IMG/VR virus record: IMGVR_UViG_3300035208_004923
Coordinates: 192,001-256,000 of that record
Source: a virus
Lineage: Duplodnaviria; Caudoviricetes
Reading direction: 5' to 3' (one strand)
DNA: 64,000 nucleotides
The stretch's first letter is position 1; each line of letters starts with the position of its first letter. Under the pieces are notes generated by a model. The model made no database searches, was not told the origin of the DNA, and saw nothing but the letters and a program-made list of their open reading frames with translations. Position numbers and translations under genes: made by a program. Below, piece by piece: positions 31,495 to 42,139 of the stretch.

Positions 31495-32916
31495 TTATCT
31501 TTTTCCTTTTCCTTTAGTTGCTTTTAAAATTTTTGCTTGTTTATAATCTTTTGGATTAGGTTCTTTATAAACACCGAACGTTCCTTTAAGTCTTTTCGGT
31601 TTATCTTCAGTTATGCTAACAATACTTGTTTCTGGCGAGATATCTGCATTTGCACCTTTTTTACCTTTTCTGAAAACACCTTCCTCCATTTTGCAGTCAA
31701 TTATATAAATGCCATCATTTGCAACATAGCAATCTTGCATAAGATTCGATTTTTGAACATTTGTATTTTCAACTTTACAGCCTTTTAATGTGTTATCTTT
31801 AATTACATCACATTCAATAAAATGTGTTTTATCCATTTCGCAATTGTAAAATTTGCATCTTGTAAAAATTCCATAGCCAGTACAATGAACTAGTTCTAAA
31901 TCAAAGCATTCAACATTTTGCAAATCTGCATCTTTAATTTGTAATGCGCCTATTTCAGAATCGTAGTTAATATCCATTTTTTCACATTTTGATGCAACAA
32001 GAAATTTGAACAACATATCGTTAACATGTGACCATGATGATTTTAATGTTTGAATATCATTTTTCATATCAAAAGTTAAATTAATATGTGGAAACGTTTT
32101 TTTGAACAATTCTGGGTTTTTATAGCAGTCAAGATATTTTTTATGGTCATCTAAAATTTTGTTTAATTTCGTGATGTCATTTTGATTTAATGTAGTTGTT
32201 TGCGATAACGTATAAAGTGATGTAATTGAAAACTCAAGTACCTCTAAGATATCTTGTTTTTTCTTTTGATAATCTGCACCACCAAGAAATCTAAATTCGA
32301 TATAATTAAGTGGTGCTTTTGTTAAGTTAACAGCATAATATTTTGTTGGCGCAACAGTAAATTGCGAATTAGCATTTGCAACACCGATGTCGAATATGCT
32401 ATTGATTACCATGTTCTTTATTGATTTTGCATAAACAGAATCTTTTCTGTTTGGAAATCTTTTCCAAACAAATTCTTCATTAAATCCTAGGCAGAATTTA
32501 ACTTTGTTCATGTGTGAAATTGGTGTTTGCATTTTAATTTTCCATGCATCGAATGATATGTTTAATTGTATTGCTGTTCTTTCAGTTGTCCATGCGTTTT
32601 CATCAATCCATTTTAACACTTTAAGTAACACGATTTTCGCATCAGCAAAAGGCAATGGCCCAGTGATTAATTCTTTACAATCTTTACCGCCTGAAAAGTC
32701 AGATTCAATTTTAAATAAATTAGCAGTTGTTGTTACTGGTGTATGATATTTTAATTCTGGCGAATTAAAGCTATCAACATTCATAGGAACAACAACTTTA
32801 ATGCCTAATGTTTCAGTAAGACTACGTGCAACAATGAGAGGTTCTTCCTTTGTTAAAAATTCAAACTCGAATCCAATTTTTGAACTATTTAGTATTTCGT
32901 CTTCTGTATATTTCAT
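31495..32916 (-). CDS. Putative amidoligase (COOH-NH2 ligase) with C-terminal beta-helix-like repeats
   Basis: GFEFE, ELITGP, KYYAVNL, IEFRFLGG motifs. Confidence 0.7.
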   Translation of the reverse strand: MKYTEDEILNSSKIGFEFEFLTKEEPLIVARSLTETLGIKVVVPMNVDSFNSPELKYHTPVTTTANLFKIESDFSGGKDCKELITGPLPFADAKIVLLKVLKWIDENAWTTERTAIQLNISFDAWKIKMQTPISHMNKVKFCLGFNEEFVWKRFPNRKDSVYAKSIKNMVINSIFDIGVANANSQFTVAPTKYYAVNLTKAPLNYIEFRFLGGADYQKKKQDILEVLEFSITSLYTLSQTTTLNQNDITKLNKILDDHKKYLDCYKNPELFKKTFPHINLTFDMKNDIQTLKSSWSHVNDMLFKFLVASKCEKMDINYDSEIGALQIKDADLQNVECFDLELVHCTGYGIFTRCKFYNCEMDKTHFIECDVIKDNTLKGCKVENTNVQKSNLMQDCYVANDGIYIIDCKMEEGVFRKGKKGANADISPETSIVSITEDKPKRLKGTFGVYKEPNPKDYKQAKILKATKGKGKR

Positions 32917-32933
32917 AAACTATTTATATTTTA

Positions 32934-32944
32934 TTTATATATTC
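32934..32944 (-). promoter_or_regulatory. Late-type promoter GAATATATAAA
   Basis: Exact motif after terminator. Confidence 0.65.
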
Positions 32945-32950
32945 AAAACT

Positions 32951-32979
32951 AAAAAAGACCGTATCAAAATACGGTCTTT
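32951..32979 (-). terminator. Intrinsic terminator of the S1-like gene
   Basis: AAAGACCGTAT-4nt-ATACGGTCTTT plus T-tract. Confidence 0.8.
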
Positions 32980-33000
32980 CAATGTATTGCAAAATTTGAA

Positions 33001-34128
33001 TTATTTTGATTCTGTTTCCTCTGTGAAGAAGATTTTGTCTTCTTTAATTTCAGTTATCTTAACAACAATGATTTCGCCCATTTCGTAAGTTCGTTTAACA
33101 TTGTTTTTACCGATAAGACCGGATTCGCCAGATTTTAATCTAACGAATACGCCGTAATCTTTGATACCTGTTACTTTTCCTTTGTGAATTTCATCAACTT
33201 TAATTGAATCTTCCTCTGAACCTGGTTCAAAATTAGTAAGAACTAAACGATTGTCTTTGTCGATTTCTCTAACCCATGTCACTAGTTCAGAACCACTTTT
33301 TATTTGTCTGTTATCAAATTTTTCGCGAACATCAGATGTCATTTTTGATGTATGTAATAAACCAGTGAATTGCCCATAGAATTCAACAAATACGCCATGT
33401 TTACTGCAACCTGTTACAATTCCTGTGTGCTGTACTGTCCAGTCATGTTTATCAAGTAACGATGGTAATACATGTTCAAGATATTTTTTATGACTTACAA
33501 TAAATGTATTAATGTCACTTAAATAATCTTCAATCATTACTTTTACGTTTTGACCGATATATTCATCGAAATTTACAATTTTGTTTGCTGCCGCTAGACC
33601 GCCTGGAAGGAATGCCTGGACACCGCATACATCAACAATAAATCCACCTTGATTTTTGCCTATTACTTTTGCTTCGAATGCACTTGTAGGTTTTTTCAAT
33701 TGTTCTCTAAAATCATCTTTTACTTTTTCTGCATATCCTGCAAGTAAAGAAGCACGAAGATTTGGTGTTGATTGTAAAACTAAGATTTGGTGTTTGCTGT
33801 CGATGAACGATTGCTTTCCTTCTTTTGAAGTTATCCACGCCATGAAACTTTTATGGTCACAATCGTGAAGTTCTAAGAATCGCTTTTCTTTCTTTATATC
33901 AATTGGGATATTGATAGAGTTGTTTACTTCGAAAAAGATTTCGTTTTTTTGTGTTCCCGCAATTCCTGTGATTTTAACAAGTTCGCCTGCACTAAGATCT
34001 TTTTTGATGAATGATGACTCGCTACGACAGCAGTATAATTTATAAAGGTCTGTTGCATAATCTTCTTGGCAGAAAATTCTGTCGTCATTGTTGATTTTTT
34101 TAACTGATAAGTTTTCGGTTAAACGCAT
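33001..34128 (-). CDS. Ribosomal protein bS1-like protein (three S1 domains)
   Basis: AKVIGKNQGGFIVDVCGVQAFLPG; GIVTGCSKHGVFVEF...GLLHTS; GKVTGIKDYGVFVRL...GLI. Confidence 0.8.
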   Translation of the reverse strand: MRLTENLSVKKINNDDRIFCQEDYATDLYKLYCCRSESSFIKKDLSAGELVKITGIAGTQKNEIFFEVNNSINIPIDIKKEKRFLELHDCDHKSFMAWITSKEGKQSFIDSKHQILVLQSTPNLRASLLAGYAEKVKDDFREQLKKPTSAFEAKVIGKNQGGFIVDVCGVQAFLPGGLAAANKIVNFDEYIGQNVKVMIEDYLSDINTFIVSHKKYLEHVLPSLLDKHDWTVQHTGIVTGCSKHGVFVEFYGQFTGLLHTSKMTSDVREKFDNRQIKSGSELVTWVREIDKDNRLVLTNFEPGSEEDSIKVDEIHKGKVTGIKDYGVFVRLKSGESGLIGKNNVKRTYEMGEIIVVKITEIKEDKIFFTEETESK

Positions 34129-34180
34129 TTTTTTAGGTTTGTGTGTTAGTACTAAATTAATCTATAATCTATATTATATT

Positions 34181-34191
34181 TTTATATATTC
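34181..34191 (-). promoter_or_regulatory. Late-type promoter GAATATATAAA
   Basis: Exact motif about 50 nt upstream of the S1-like gene. Confidence 0.6.
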
Positions 34192-34194
34192 TTT

Positions 34195-35691
34195 TTATTT
34201 CTTCACTTTTTTGATGCCAACATTTTTGTCACCAATTACATCATTTTTTCCTAATAATGTTTTTTGATTGTTAGTAAGTATTGCATTCCCTTTTGCATCT
34301 TTAACAAAATCTTCACCTAACGTAGGATCTGTTGTTAATACGATTTTATTTGTTGTCTTTACTATTTTTGCAATTTCAACTTTGTATTTCTTATTAAGTG
34401 TTCCATGTGTAAATTCGATAAAATCACCTTTAGCATATAAAGTACTTATATCTGCAATTTCCCCATTATCTAAAACAGGATTTATTACTAATGTTTTTGT
34501 TTTGTAATCATAAGAGACTGATGGCAATGGTGGCGGTGCCGCAAGTGCGCTTGCGTCTGATTGTGTCATGGTTTTTTTACCTGATTCTCCAATTATAGGA
34601 TACATGAACATTGTTATCATTTGCGGTATGTCTGTTATGAAACAGAAAAACCATTTGATAACACAAACTATCATTTTAACAAATCCCATAAGTAACCCAA
34701 GTACTTCTTTGTACGTTTTACCTGCTGCTGTTTTTGTGTTAGCTAACCATTTACAAAATTTTTTACCATTAAGTGTTAAAATATTTTTAATTAAGTATGC
34801 AACTGCAGCAGCAATAGTTTCGGCCATTTCGATATCTGCATCTGGCGGCATAAAATCATGCATAAGCGATATGAGTATTGGAGAAATGATGCTACCCAGC
34901 ATATTCATTATAAATTTTCCAGGGTTTGACAATAATTCTGACATTTTAGCAACACCTTTGAATATGTTAGTAACTAATCCTTTAACAAGTGTGATTACTG
35001 CACATATTAATCCTTGCGCCAATTTGATAGGAAAGAAAATAAAAGACATGATTTTTATTATTGGCGTAAGTTCAATCATTTCTTCTAAATTTGCATTGAT
35101 TGGAATTTTCCATAATTGCAAAACATTTTCCACGTATGAACGGCCAACAATTGAACTTACGGCTTCAGTTGCACTAAAATCAATTCCTAAATCTTTTAAT
35201 TTTTTAGGAATCATTATTTTACCTTCTTTTAAATATTGTGGAAAGCAACGAATTACATCTATGATGGTTAATCTTCCCATTAACAAATCAAGCAGTATTT
35301 CAATACTCGGAAGAATTACTAATAAGTTATCAATTAAAGGACCTGCAACTTCGCATATCAATGCTTTAAGTAATTTTTCAACACCTGCTAAATCGGCTAA
35401 ACCAGAAACTAAACTTGCTACTTGTTTGAGAAATTCAGCTGGTGCTTTTATACCTTTTTTTAAAGATTTTACTATTACTTGAATTAATGCAATCATCGGT
35501 TTCCATGAAGCAATTAAACTTGCTTCTAAACTGCGTACAATAGATTCTAACAATGCGCCAATTCCAGGTTCGCCTACTGTAATTTTAGGCAAAATAAGAC
35601 CTGCTTCAGTCATACAACATTGAATATCATCAATTATTGTTTGCAATGAAGGGTCACTTATTATATGTACATCTAAATTTAATATTGCCAT
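34195..35691 (-). CDS. Hydrophobic alpha-helical protein downstream of the spike gene
   Basis: I/L-rich amphipathic helices, poly-Pro linker, small beta C-terminal domain. Confidence 0.5.
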   Translation of the reverse strand: MAILNLDVHIISDPSLQTIIDDIQCCMTEAGLILPKITVGEPGIGALLESIVRSLEASLIASWKPMIALIQVIVKSLKKGIKAPAEFLKQVASLVSGLADLAGVEKLLKALICEVAGPLIDNLLVILPSIEILLDLLMGRLTIIDVIRCFPQYLKEGKIMIPKKLKDLGIDFSATEAVSSIVGRSYVENVLQLWKIPINANLEEMIELTPIIKIMSFIFFPIKLAQGLICAVITLVKGLVTNIFKGVAKMSELLSNPGKFIMNMLGSIISPILISLMHDFMPPDADIEMAETIAAAVAYLIKNILTLNGKKFCKWLANTKTAAGKTYKEVLGLLMGFVKMIVCVIKWFFCFITDIPQMITMFMYPIIGESGKKTMTQSDASALAAPPPLPSVSYDYKTKTLVINPVLDNGEIADISTLYAKGDFIEFTHGTLNKKYKVEIAKIVKTTNKIVLTTDPTLGEDFVKDAKGNAILTNNQKTLLGKNDVIGDKNVGIKKVKK

Positions 35692-35693
35692 TT

Positions 35694-36473
35694 TTAATCT
35701 GCTGCTTTTTGTGTAAATGATAATTCGCTAATATCACAAATAAATCCGTTTGCTTTTGCTGGTCCTGTAGGTGCACCTAAATTTCCTATATGAAAATGAT
35801 TATCGAACATCGGTTTAAATAATGTACCTAATACTAGTGCTTGTTCTGCATTTGCACCTAACCGTATTTTCTTGTGTGCTGTTACTGTTAAATTTTGGCA
35901 TTCAACATTAACATCCTTACCAGTTGTTACATTTATATTGTCGCTTGTTTTGATATTAAGTTCACCGCCATTTGTTAATTCGATTGAATCACCATTTGGA
36001 TTATTTATAAAAATGTTATTATTATTTAGAACATTAATTAATGTTCCTTTTAATTTAAGAACTAAACCTTGATTTTGAGTATAAAGAATTCTCAAATCTT
36101 CATCTTCATCAAAACATATAACGTGGGCATTTACATAATCATTAGAAATTTCATTTCTAATAGTCTCATTGATATTTTGAACTGCAAAATATTCACCTGC
36201 ATATATGTCACCATTATTAAACTTAACTTTTACAATTGTGCCTTTCTTTGGAACGTCGAATGAACCAAATCCGCCTTTTGCACTTGAAAATCCTGATGAA
36301 TACGCAGGAAATGCCCATGGCAAAAGATCATCTTCAATATCATTAAACAAGCCGTAGACCCGAATTTTACATCTAAGCATTTTTAATGAATCTTCAACAT
36401 TTACAATTTCTCCAAGCCATTCTCTACTCGCAATATCACGAGTAAACATTTTCTTTTTATCGTCTGCATTCAT
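35694..36473 (-). CDS. Baseplate central spike (gp5/gpV-like: OB fold plus beta helix, no lysozyme)
   Basis: RCKIRVYGLF...LPWAFP...VPKKGTIVKVKFNNGD; C-terminal HFH apex motif. Confidence 0.85.
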   Translation of the reverse strand: MNADDKKKMFTRDIASREWLGEIVNVEDSLKMLRCKIRVYGLFNDIEDDLLPWAFPAYSSGFSSAKGGFGSFDVPKKGTIVKVKFNNGDIYAGEYFAVQNINETIRNEISNDYVNAHVICFDEDEDLRILYTQNQGLVLKLKGTLINVLNNNNIFINNPNGDSIELTNGGELNIKTSDNINVTTGKDVNVECQNLTVTAHKKIRLGANAEQALVLGTLFKPMFDNHFHIGNLGAPTGPAKANGFICDISELSFTQKAAD

Positions 36474-36474
36474 A

Positions 36475-37971
36475 TTAATCGAATATATTTCCTAAGTTTG
36501 TGTATACTGGCATGTCTGGCACAATTAATCCAACATTTGCAGGCGTAACTGCTGATGTATTTATAATTGGTTCAATAACCATATCATCATGCGGTACATT
36601 TGTATGTCCATCAGGACCTGGGTTGGCAACTGATTCGTTTGCTCCCAAATCTTGTGATAATCCTGGGTTACTATTAACAATGCTAAATTCAATTTGTTTT
36701 GCAAGTGTTTGTCTTGCAGTTTCCATTCGGCCATTTGCATCTTTTGTTATGTTTTCTCCGTTAAATGATTTTCCAAGAAATATTGATTCGACAAATCTAT
36801 CAAGTGCTTCACCTGCAACTGTGCTTGCAACTGATTTCAATCTATCTTTCAAGAAATTCGTGTTACTTGAATTGTGTGTAATGTCTTTTGTAATATCTTC
36901 AGTGCCCATCATAACAGATTTCATGCCATCTGGCCAAATTTCATCAATTGCTTTTTGTTGCAAATCTCGTAAACTTACATCTTGTAAATATATGTTGGAT
37001 AAACGATAATCATTAGCTTCACGTATTCTGCCTACATTAAATGAAATTGAATTTGAGATATTTTCACCAGGATCTGCCATACTTATACTTGACATATAAG
37101 GATGCGCTCTATTTAAAAAATCAAATTCACACATATCTAAAGTAATTACATGCATAGGTAAAAAAGTATTTTGCATTGAAGGCAAAATCATATCTTCCGA
37201 TATATTTGATGAACCATCAGGATGAATTAAATTACCAACTCTATTTATAATGTCACCACCTTTTTTTATCATATTATTTACGCTATTTACAACTGCTGAT
37301 TGTTTTGCCATTTGTTGTAACGCGGTTCCATTTATGTTACTTCCTAATTGTGGTGTATCTGCGGGCGGCGGAACGGAATTTGCTCCTTGTATACTTAATT
37401 GAAAATCTCTAATTTCTGCAATAACAATTTCAACTTTAAACCAACGCATGTTTTCAGGAAGCATCCATCTTGAATAAATTGGATCCCATGCAGCTTTTCT
37501 ATAAAGGTCAATAAGCATTGAAACTCGCATATCAATACTTTCTAATGTTTCAATTGTTATTTTGCCATCAGGTCCAGGTCGCCATGCTTTTGTTGGGTCA
37601 ATTTTTTGTAATGAATCAAGTCCAGATATTGATTGGAAATACCAAGGAGTATCTTCTTGCAAACTTTTAAGTGTTGCAATAAAAGATTTTAAATGCGCTG
37701 CTCTTTGTTGTTCATTTATATTCATCAAATATTGATACGCTGATGATCTATCCTTTGGGTCCATTAATAAAGCATTCGGCAAATTGTCAAAATCATACAA
37801 ATTTTCTTTTTCTAAAAAATCGAATCTTATTCTGAAACCAACAATTGAAGGATCTTGAAAATCATACGGACTATAAGACAACCCATCAATTGATGTTGAT
37901 GGTTTTGCATCATACTGTGTGTCTGAATCAAGAAACGCTCTTCTGTATTTGTGTCTATAAACTGTTGACAT
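36475..37971 (-). CDS. Putative tail tube-fold/baseplate protein
   Basis: ITIETLESIDMRVSMLIDLYRKAAWD tube-like segment; context between spike and hub. Confidence 0.4.
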   Translation of the reverse strand: MSTVYRHKYRRAFLDSDTQYDAKPSTSIDGLSYSPYDFQDPSIVGFRIRFDFLEKENLYDFDNLPNALLMDPKDRSSAYQYLMNINEQQRAAHLKSFIATLKSLQEDTPWYFQSISGLDSLQKIDPTKAWRPGPDGKITIETLESIDMRVSMLIDLYRKAAWDPIYSRWMLPENMRWFKVEIVIAEIRDFQLSIQGANSVPPPADTPQLGSNINGTALQQMAKQSAVVNSVNNMIKKGGDIINRVGNLIHPDGSSNISEDMILPSMQNTFLPMHVITLDMCEFDFLNRAHPYMSSISMADPGENISNSISFNVGRIREANDYRLSNIYLQDVSLRDLQQKAIDEIWPDGMKSVMMGTEDITKDITHNSSNTNFLKDRLKSVASTVAGEALDRFVESIFLGKSFNGENITKDANGRMETARQTLAKQIEFSIVNSNPGLSQDLGANESVANPGPDGHTNVPHDDMVIEPIINTSAVTPANVGLIVPDMPVYTNLGNIFD

Positions 37972-37984
37972 TATTTTTATTTTT

Positions 37985-39439
37985 TTATACGCCTGTTAAC
38001 GATGGCCATTCTCTTCTTGTAAGAATAAATGTTTGTGTTATATTGCTATTTGTATTTTCAATAGATCTTGGCGTTAATTTGTAATTTATCGTATATCCTT
38101 TTATTGCATACATGCCAGTGTATAACTTATCAATTACAACTCTGCCTTCTCTGTTTTCTAACGACGGATCTTTTATCAAATCATCATCAACTTTATTTGC
38201 TCTTTGCTCATCAGATAGTATTGCCATAATAACTGGCATTTTTTCAAATCTAACAAAGTTCAAATTCATTTTCGGAGTAGTGACACTAAGATTCATTTTA
38301 TCAATTTCAGCAAGATTCATCATGTTATGAGCCTTTGCTAAGTAATAATGTTCATGCACATTGTGGTCAGGTGCAGAATATTGAATTCCTAAGTAATTAA
38401 ATCGTTGTTGCGATTTGTAAAATTCCTCTTTTGGCCTGCCTTTTAATAATACTTTTGTTTTCTCATTACCTTCTGTAACTAATGGGGTAATCGGAAATTC
38501 CCAATTCTTTAAACTATTATGTTCAAAAAAATTTAAGTTATATGTATATCCATAATTTTTTGCAATTTCAGAACTTTTATTTAATGGCTTAAACGTTTGA
38601 ATATAAAATGATGTTGTGATAAAACTCGGATGATTCGACAAAAGTTTTTGTAATCCTTCTGTTGTATGCGGCAATGTATCATTGTAACTAGAGAATACAT
38701 TATCAGACATACCAAGTAGCGCACCAGTTTCATCACCAAATTGTGTATTCACATTTATAAAATTCAAGTGATAATAAACATCAATGAATGCAGTGAAAAA
38801 ACATTTTTCATCTTGCCATGCGCAATCAACAATTTTTTTGATATATTCTTCCTTTGTTTCGTTAGGGCAAATCCATGTCATACTATCATTTGTAGATGAA
38901 ATGTTAGATGCAAATCCTAATTTTAATTCTGTTGCAATTTCTTTTAAAACTTCAAATGATGTTCCTTTTTTTGCAAACGATTTTTCATCGTATAAACCTG
39001 GAATATGTAATTTACCTTGTAAAAATAATTTACCACCTGCACCATCTGGTGTGTCAGATTTAGTCATTTCTATACTAGTAATCAAATAATCATTTCTAAT
39101 TGGCTTGAATATATCGTCACGTCCTCGTATGAACACACTTAACAAATCGCCGTCTGTTGGAAATGCAGTTGATAAAAACGCGCCAGATGCACCTAAGTCA
39201 ATACGCATACTTACAGTAGGAATAAATTGTGTAGTATCAATTTCAAAAGATACAATTTCTTTTACTCCAAATTCGTGTTCTTTAATAACAACATACGGGC
39301 AATCAACTGTAACTGCTTCTAATGATCTATTTGCTTTTGGAACATCGCCATTTGAGCCATATTGTGTGTCTATAACTTTTAATTCATCTAAAGTCAATGT
39401 AGGTTCACTTAATGAACGAATTATTGATTTGCTATCCAT
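37985..39439 (-). CDS. Putative baseplate hub (gp27-like)
   Basis: KGTSFEVLKEIATELKLG; DKLYTGMYAIKG...LTR; position next to gp53/gp5-like genes. Confidence 0.55.
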   Translation of the reverse strand: MDSKSIIRSLSEPTLTLDELKVIDTQYGSNGDVPKANRSLEAVTVDCPYVVIKEHEFGVKEIVSFEIDTTQFIPTVSMRIDLGASGAFLSTAFPTDGDLLSVFIRGRDDIFKPIRNDYLITSIEMTKSDTPDGAGGKLFLQGKLHIPGLYDEKSFAKKGTSFEVLKEIATELKLGFASNISSTNDSMTWICPNETKEEYIKKIVDCAWQDEKCFFTAFIDVYYHLNFINVNTQFGDETGALLGMSDNVFSSYNDTLPHTTEGLQKLLSNHPSFITTSFYIQTFKPLNKSSEIAKNYGYTYNLNFFEHNSLKNWEFPITPLVTEGNEKTKVLLKGRPKEEFYKSQQRFNYLGIQYSAPDHNVHEHYYLAKAHNMMNLAEIDKMNLSVTTPKMNLNFVRFEKMPVIMAILSDEQRANKVDDDLIKDPSLENREGRVVIDKLYTGMYAIKGYTINYKLTPRSIENTNSNITQTFILTRREWPSLTGV

Positions 39440-40005
39440 TAGCTTCTTAATTTATTTAATAAATTTTGATTTGACGTTAACGTTTCGGTTTGTGTTATTT
39501 TACGCGTAACATTTGGTCCAAAATATATAACGCCATCTTTAATTATCATTTCTTTGTCACCTTCTTTTGAATAGTTTGGTGGCAAAGCAGTTTTTTCTCT
39601 TTGTTTGTAATCATTAAGCGCAGTATTCATTGCAGATGTGTCAGGTGCTTTCGTAGCATCAATGTATTGTTTTCTTATTGCTTTACGAACATCTTCAATT
39701 ATTCCTGCCGATTTGAATACTTCTTTTGCAGTTGTCATTTCTGGCACCAGAAAAGATTCGCCAGCATTTATCGCAAACGGATTAGAAACTTCATTCGATT
39801 TCAATAAATCTTCAGCTCTATAGATGTTTCCGAATGCAACGGTCGCAAGTAAATCAGGACGCATTGCTTGCATTTCTGTTGTCATAATCATATCAACAAA
39901 CTCAAATTCTAGACGATTCATTGATGATGCTGTCATATCAATTATTTCATTGCCTTTTCCGTCAATGACATGAGGTTTAGCATCTAATACTTTTGGAAAT
40001 TTCAT
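39439..40005 (-). CDS. Baseplate wedge gp53/LysM-like protein
   Basis: RPDLLATVAFGN...LLKSNEVSNPFAINAGESFLVP. Confidence 0.7.
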   Translation of the reverse strand: MKFPKVLDAKPHVIDGKGNEIIDMTASSMNRLEFEFVDMIMTTEMQAMRPDLLATVAFGNIYRAEDLLKSNEVSNPFAINAGESFLVPEMTTAKEVFKSAGIIEDVRKAIRKQYIDATKAPDTSAMNTALNDYKQREKTALPPNYSKEGDKEMIIKDGVIYFGPNVTRKITQTETLTSNQNLLNKLRS

Positions 40006-40012
40006 ATTACTT

Positions 40013-42121
40013 TTATTTATTTACTTGTACAGGTCCACTTCCTTTGTTTGCTGCATCATTTACTGTTTTGTTGAAATATCCTAATTCTCGTTTGATTGAT
40101 AATGCAACAGAATCAATATTTCCTTGGTTATATGTTTTGCCACCATTTTTTATATACCAATCATAATCCTTATCTTTAAAGCTTGGTGCTTTATGTTCAA
40201 CAGGTTTACCACCAGCAGTTGCGCCTGCAACATAATCAACGTATGGATTTCTTCCTTTACCTGTTTTTGAATCGACTGCTGTTTCATGTGCTGCAGCAGT
40301 ATCGCCAACACCTGTAGGCAATGTATATATTCGTCCTCGTCCTCTATTAAACATGGATTCAACACCTGCTCTATCTAATGACATTCCGTGATCCAATGTA
40401 ACAGTAACTGTCATTTCAGTTGGGAAATCATCAGGTCCAAGTTCTTCACCAAATGAAAACGAGCATCCTGTACAAATTAAATTTCCTATCATCATCGTAG
40501 GATTTAACGGATTTCCTATAACTAAATGCCATTCACCAACAGGCTCACCTGTTAATAACGAACGATATCCGTGAAATAACGGTACAGATCCACCTTTTCT
40601 AACCAATTCGACCATACCTGTTTTTGCAAGATTTTTTAATGCGCCGATAGGGTCACTCATTGCGCTATCAAAAAGTTTTGATAAATTTGTAACTGATGTA
40701 CTTATTGATTCTGTAATTGCGCCATAAAATGCAACAGGATCTCCTTTGTACCAAGCAGCCATACCTTTTTTCCATGGGAATCCTTGCATTTGACCTCTGA
40801 ATCTTCGTGCACCTCCCCAGAACGAACCTGTGCCATACGATAACAATAAAAAGTTTGCAATTATGTCAAGCATAGCAGCTTTAGTATTTATTCCGCCTAT
40901 TGAGTTTGCGCTATAATGGAACTTTAAAGATATTGATTGACTGAAATCTAAACCTGGCTTTCTTCTTTTAACACTGTCAATTCTATTAACAGGTCCTTGT
41001 ATTCTGTTTGCATACGGACCTTCAGCATATGGGTCAGGTGGAGTTTGTCCATCATGTAAACGGCCCGCTCTTGTTGATTCACCTGAAAGCACAGATAATG
41101 TTTTTCCCATACCTGCCAAAAACCCACCAGGTAAATTACTAGCATCACCTCTTTGTTCTGTTAAGTCATCAACTTGCGCTTGTAAATCGTCCCATGGTAA
41201 TTTTACAGTAAATGACATTAATGAATCCATAGTATTGCCAGTTTCATTGCCTAACCATGTTACTGCTTGAGCAATTGGCAAAAACTTGCTGTTTAATTTT
41301 TCAGGCTTTGGATTTGTTTTGCCTGATTTGTCAGGTTCTGGTCCAAAATCAGGAAATTCTAATGAACCGTACGTTGGCACAGCGTATCGTCGTAATGTGA
41401 TAAGTCGATTGTTTGGCACTTTTCTCCAATATTTGCAAAAAGCAAAATCTGAATAATAGTAAGGTGTTCTTCCTGCCGGGTCGATTTGGCCGTATGCAAT
41501 AAGAGCAGATGTTGTAGGTTCTTTTGATGCATTCTTCATATTAAGATGCGGCCCATCGTTTACAACAATATTATCGGTTTCGTACCATCTTCTTTCGCCT
41601 TCAACATCAAAGTATAATTTTTTATCATCCTTTGTTGCGCCAGGACCAGACAATGTCAAATAAGCATACCAGTTATTTATAGCAGGTACACCAGTTGTAG
41701 TATCATCATTAGGGTCCATTTTTTCTTTTGCACTTTTATCATACCCACCTTCATTTGTTGTTTGAATTTCTTCTGGGTTAAGTGCATATACTGAATCTGC
41801 ATAAGGATTACCTTTTCTTGGTTTTGCAAGTCTAGGGTCGAATGCAATTCGTGAATCGTTTTTTGGCGGTTTTGCAAGATCATCATTTTGTTGAACAACA
41901 TCAGCAGGTTTTTGTGGAACTGGACGAGATGGAAAACCGACATATCCTTTAGCACCGCCTTCAATCAATTTCCATGTCATGTTTTTTGATTGCGTTGTAT
42001 GTTCCTCAGTTGTAACAGGCTGTCCATCTACAGTATCACTACCGTCAATAATTTGCACGATTTTGATATTGAAAGAATCGCCTTTCTCACCTTCGTAATA
42101 ATGTGTGTATGAATTTGCCAT
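40013..42121 (-). CDS. Putative baseplate/tail-tube initiator-like structural protein
   Basis: GNLICTGCSFSF...DDFPTEMTVTVTL tube-initiator-like C-terminus; context. Confidence 0.45.
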   Translation of the reverse strand: MANSYTHYYEGEKGDSFNIKIVQIIDGSDTVDGQPVTTEEHTTQSKNMTWKLIEGGAKGYVGFPSRPVPQKPADVVQQNDDLAKPPKNDSRIAFDPRLAKPRKGNPYADSVYALNPEEIQTTNEGGYDKSAKEKMDPNDDTTTGVPAINNWYAYLTLSGPGATKDDKKLYFDVEGERRWYETDNIVVNDGPHLNMKNASKEPTTSALIAYGQIDPAGRTPYYYSDFAFCKYWRKVPNNRLITLRRYAVPTYGSLEFPDFGPEPDKSGKTNPKPEKLNSKFLPIAQAVTWLGNETGNTMDSLMSFTVKLPWDDLQAQVDDLTEQRGDASNLPGGFLAGMGKTLSVLSGESTRAGRLHDGQTPPDPYAEGPYANRIQGPVNRIDSVKRRKPGLDFSQSISLKFHYSANSIGGINTKAAMLDIIANFLLLSYGTGSFWGGARRFRGQMQGFPWKKGMAAWYKGDPVAFYGAITESISTSVTNLSKLFDSAMSDPIGALKNLAKTGMVELVRKGGSVPLFHGYRSLLTGEPVGEWHLVIGNPLNPTMMIGNLICTGCSFSFGEELGPDDFPTEMTVTVTLDHGMSLDRAGVESMFNRGRGRIYTLPTGVGDTAAAHETAVDSKTGKGRNPYVDYVAGATAGGKPVEHKAPSFKDKDYDWYIKNGGKTYNQGNIDSVALSIKRELGYFNKTVNDAANKGSGPVQVNK

Positions 42122-42139
42122 TAATGATATCTTATTTAT

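Noticed and set aside
34568-35482. 304-aa plus-strand ORF and the many other short ORFs antisense to long genes
   Set aside because: Shadow frames of real minus-strand genes; no motifs or promoters, many non-ATG starts
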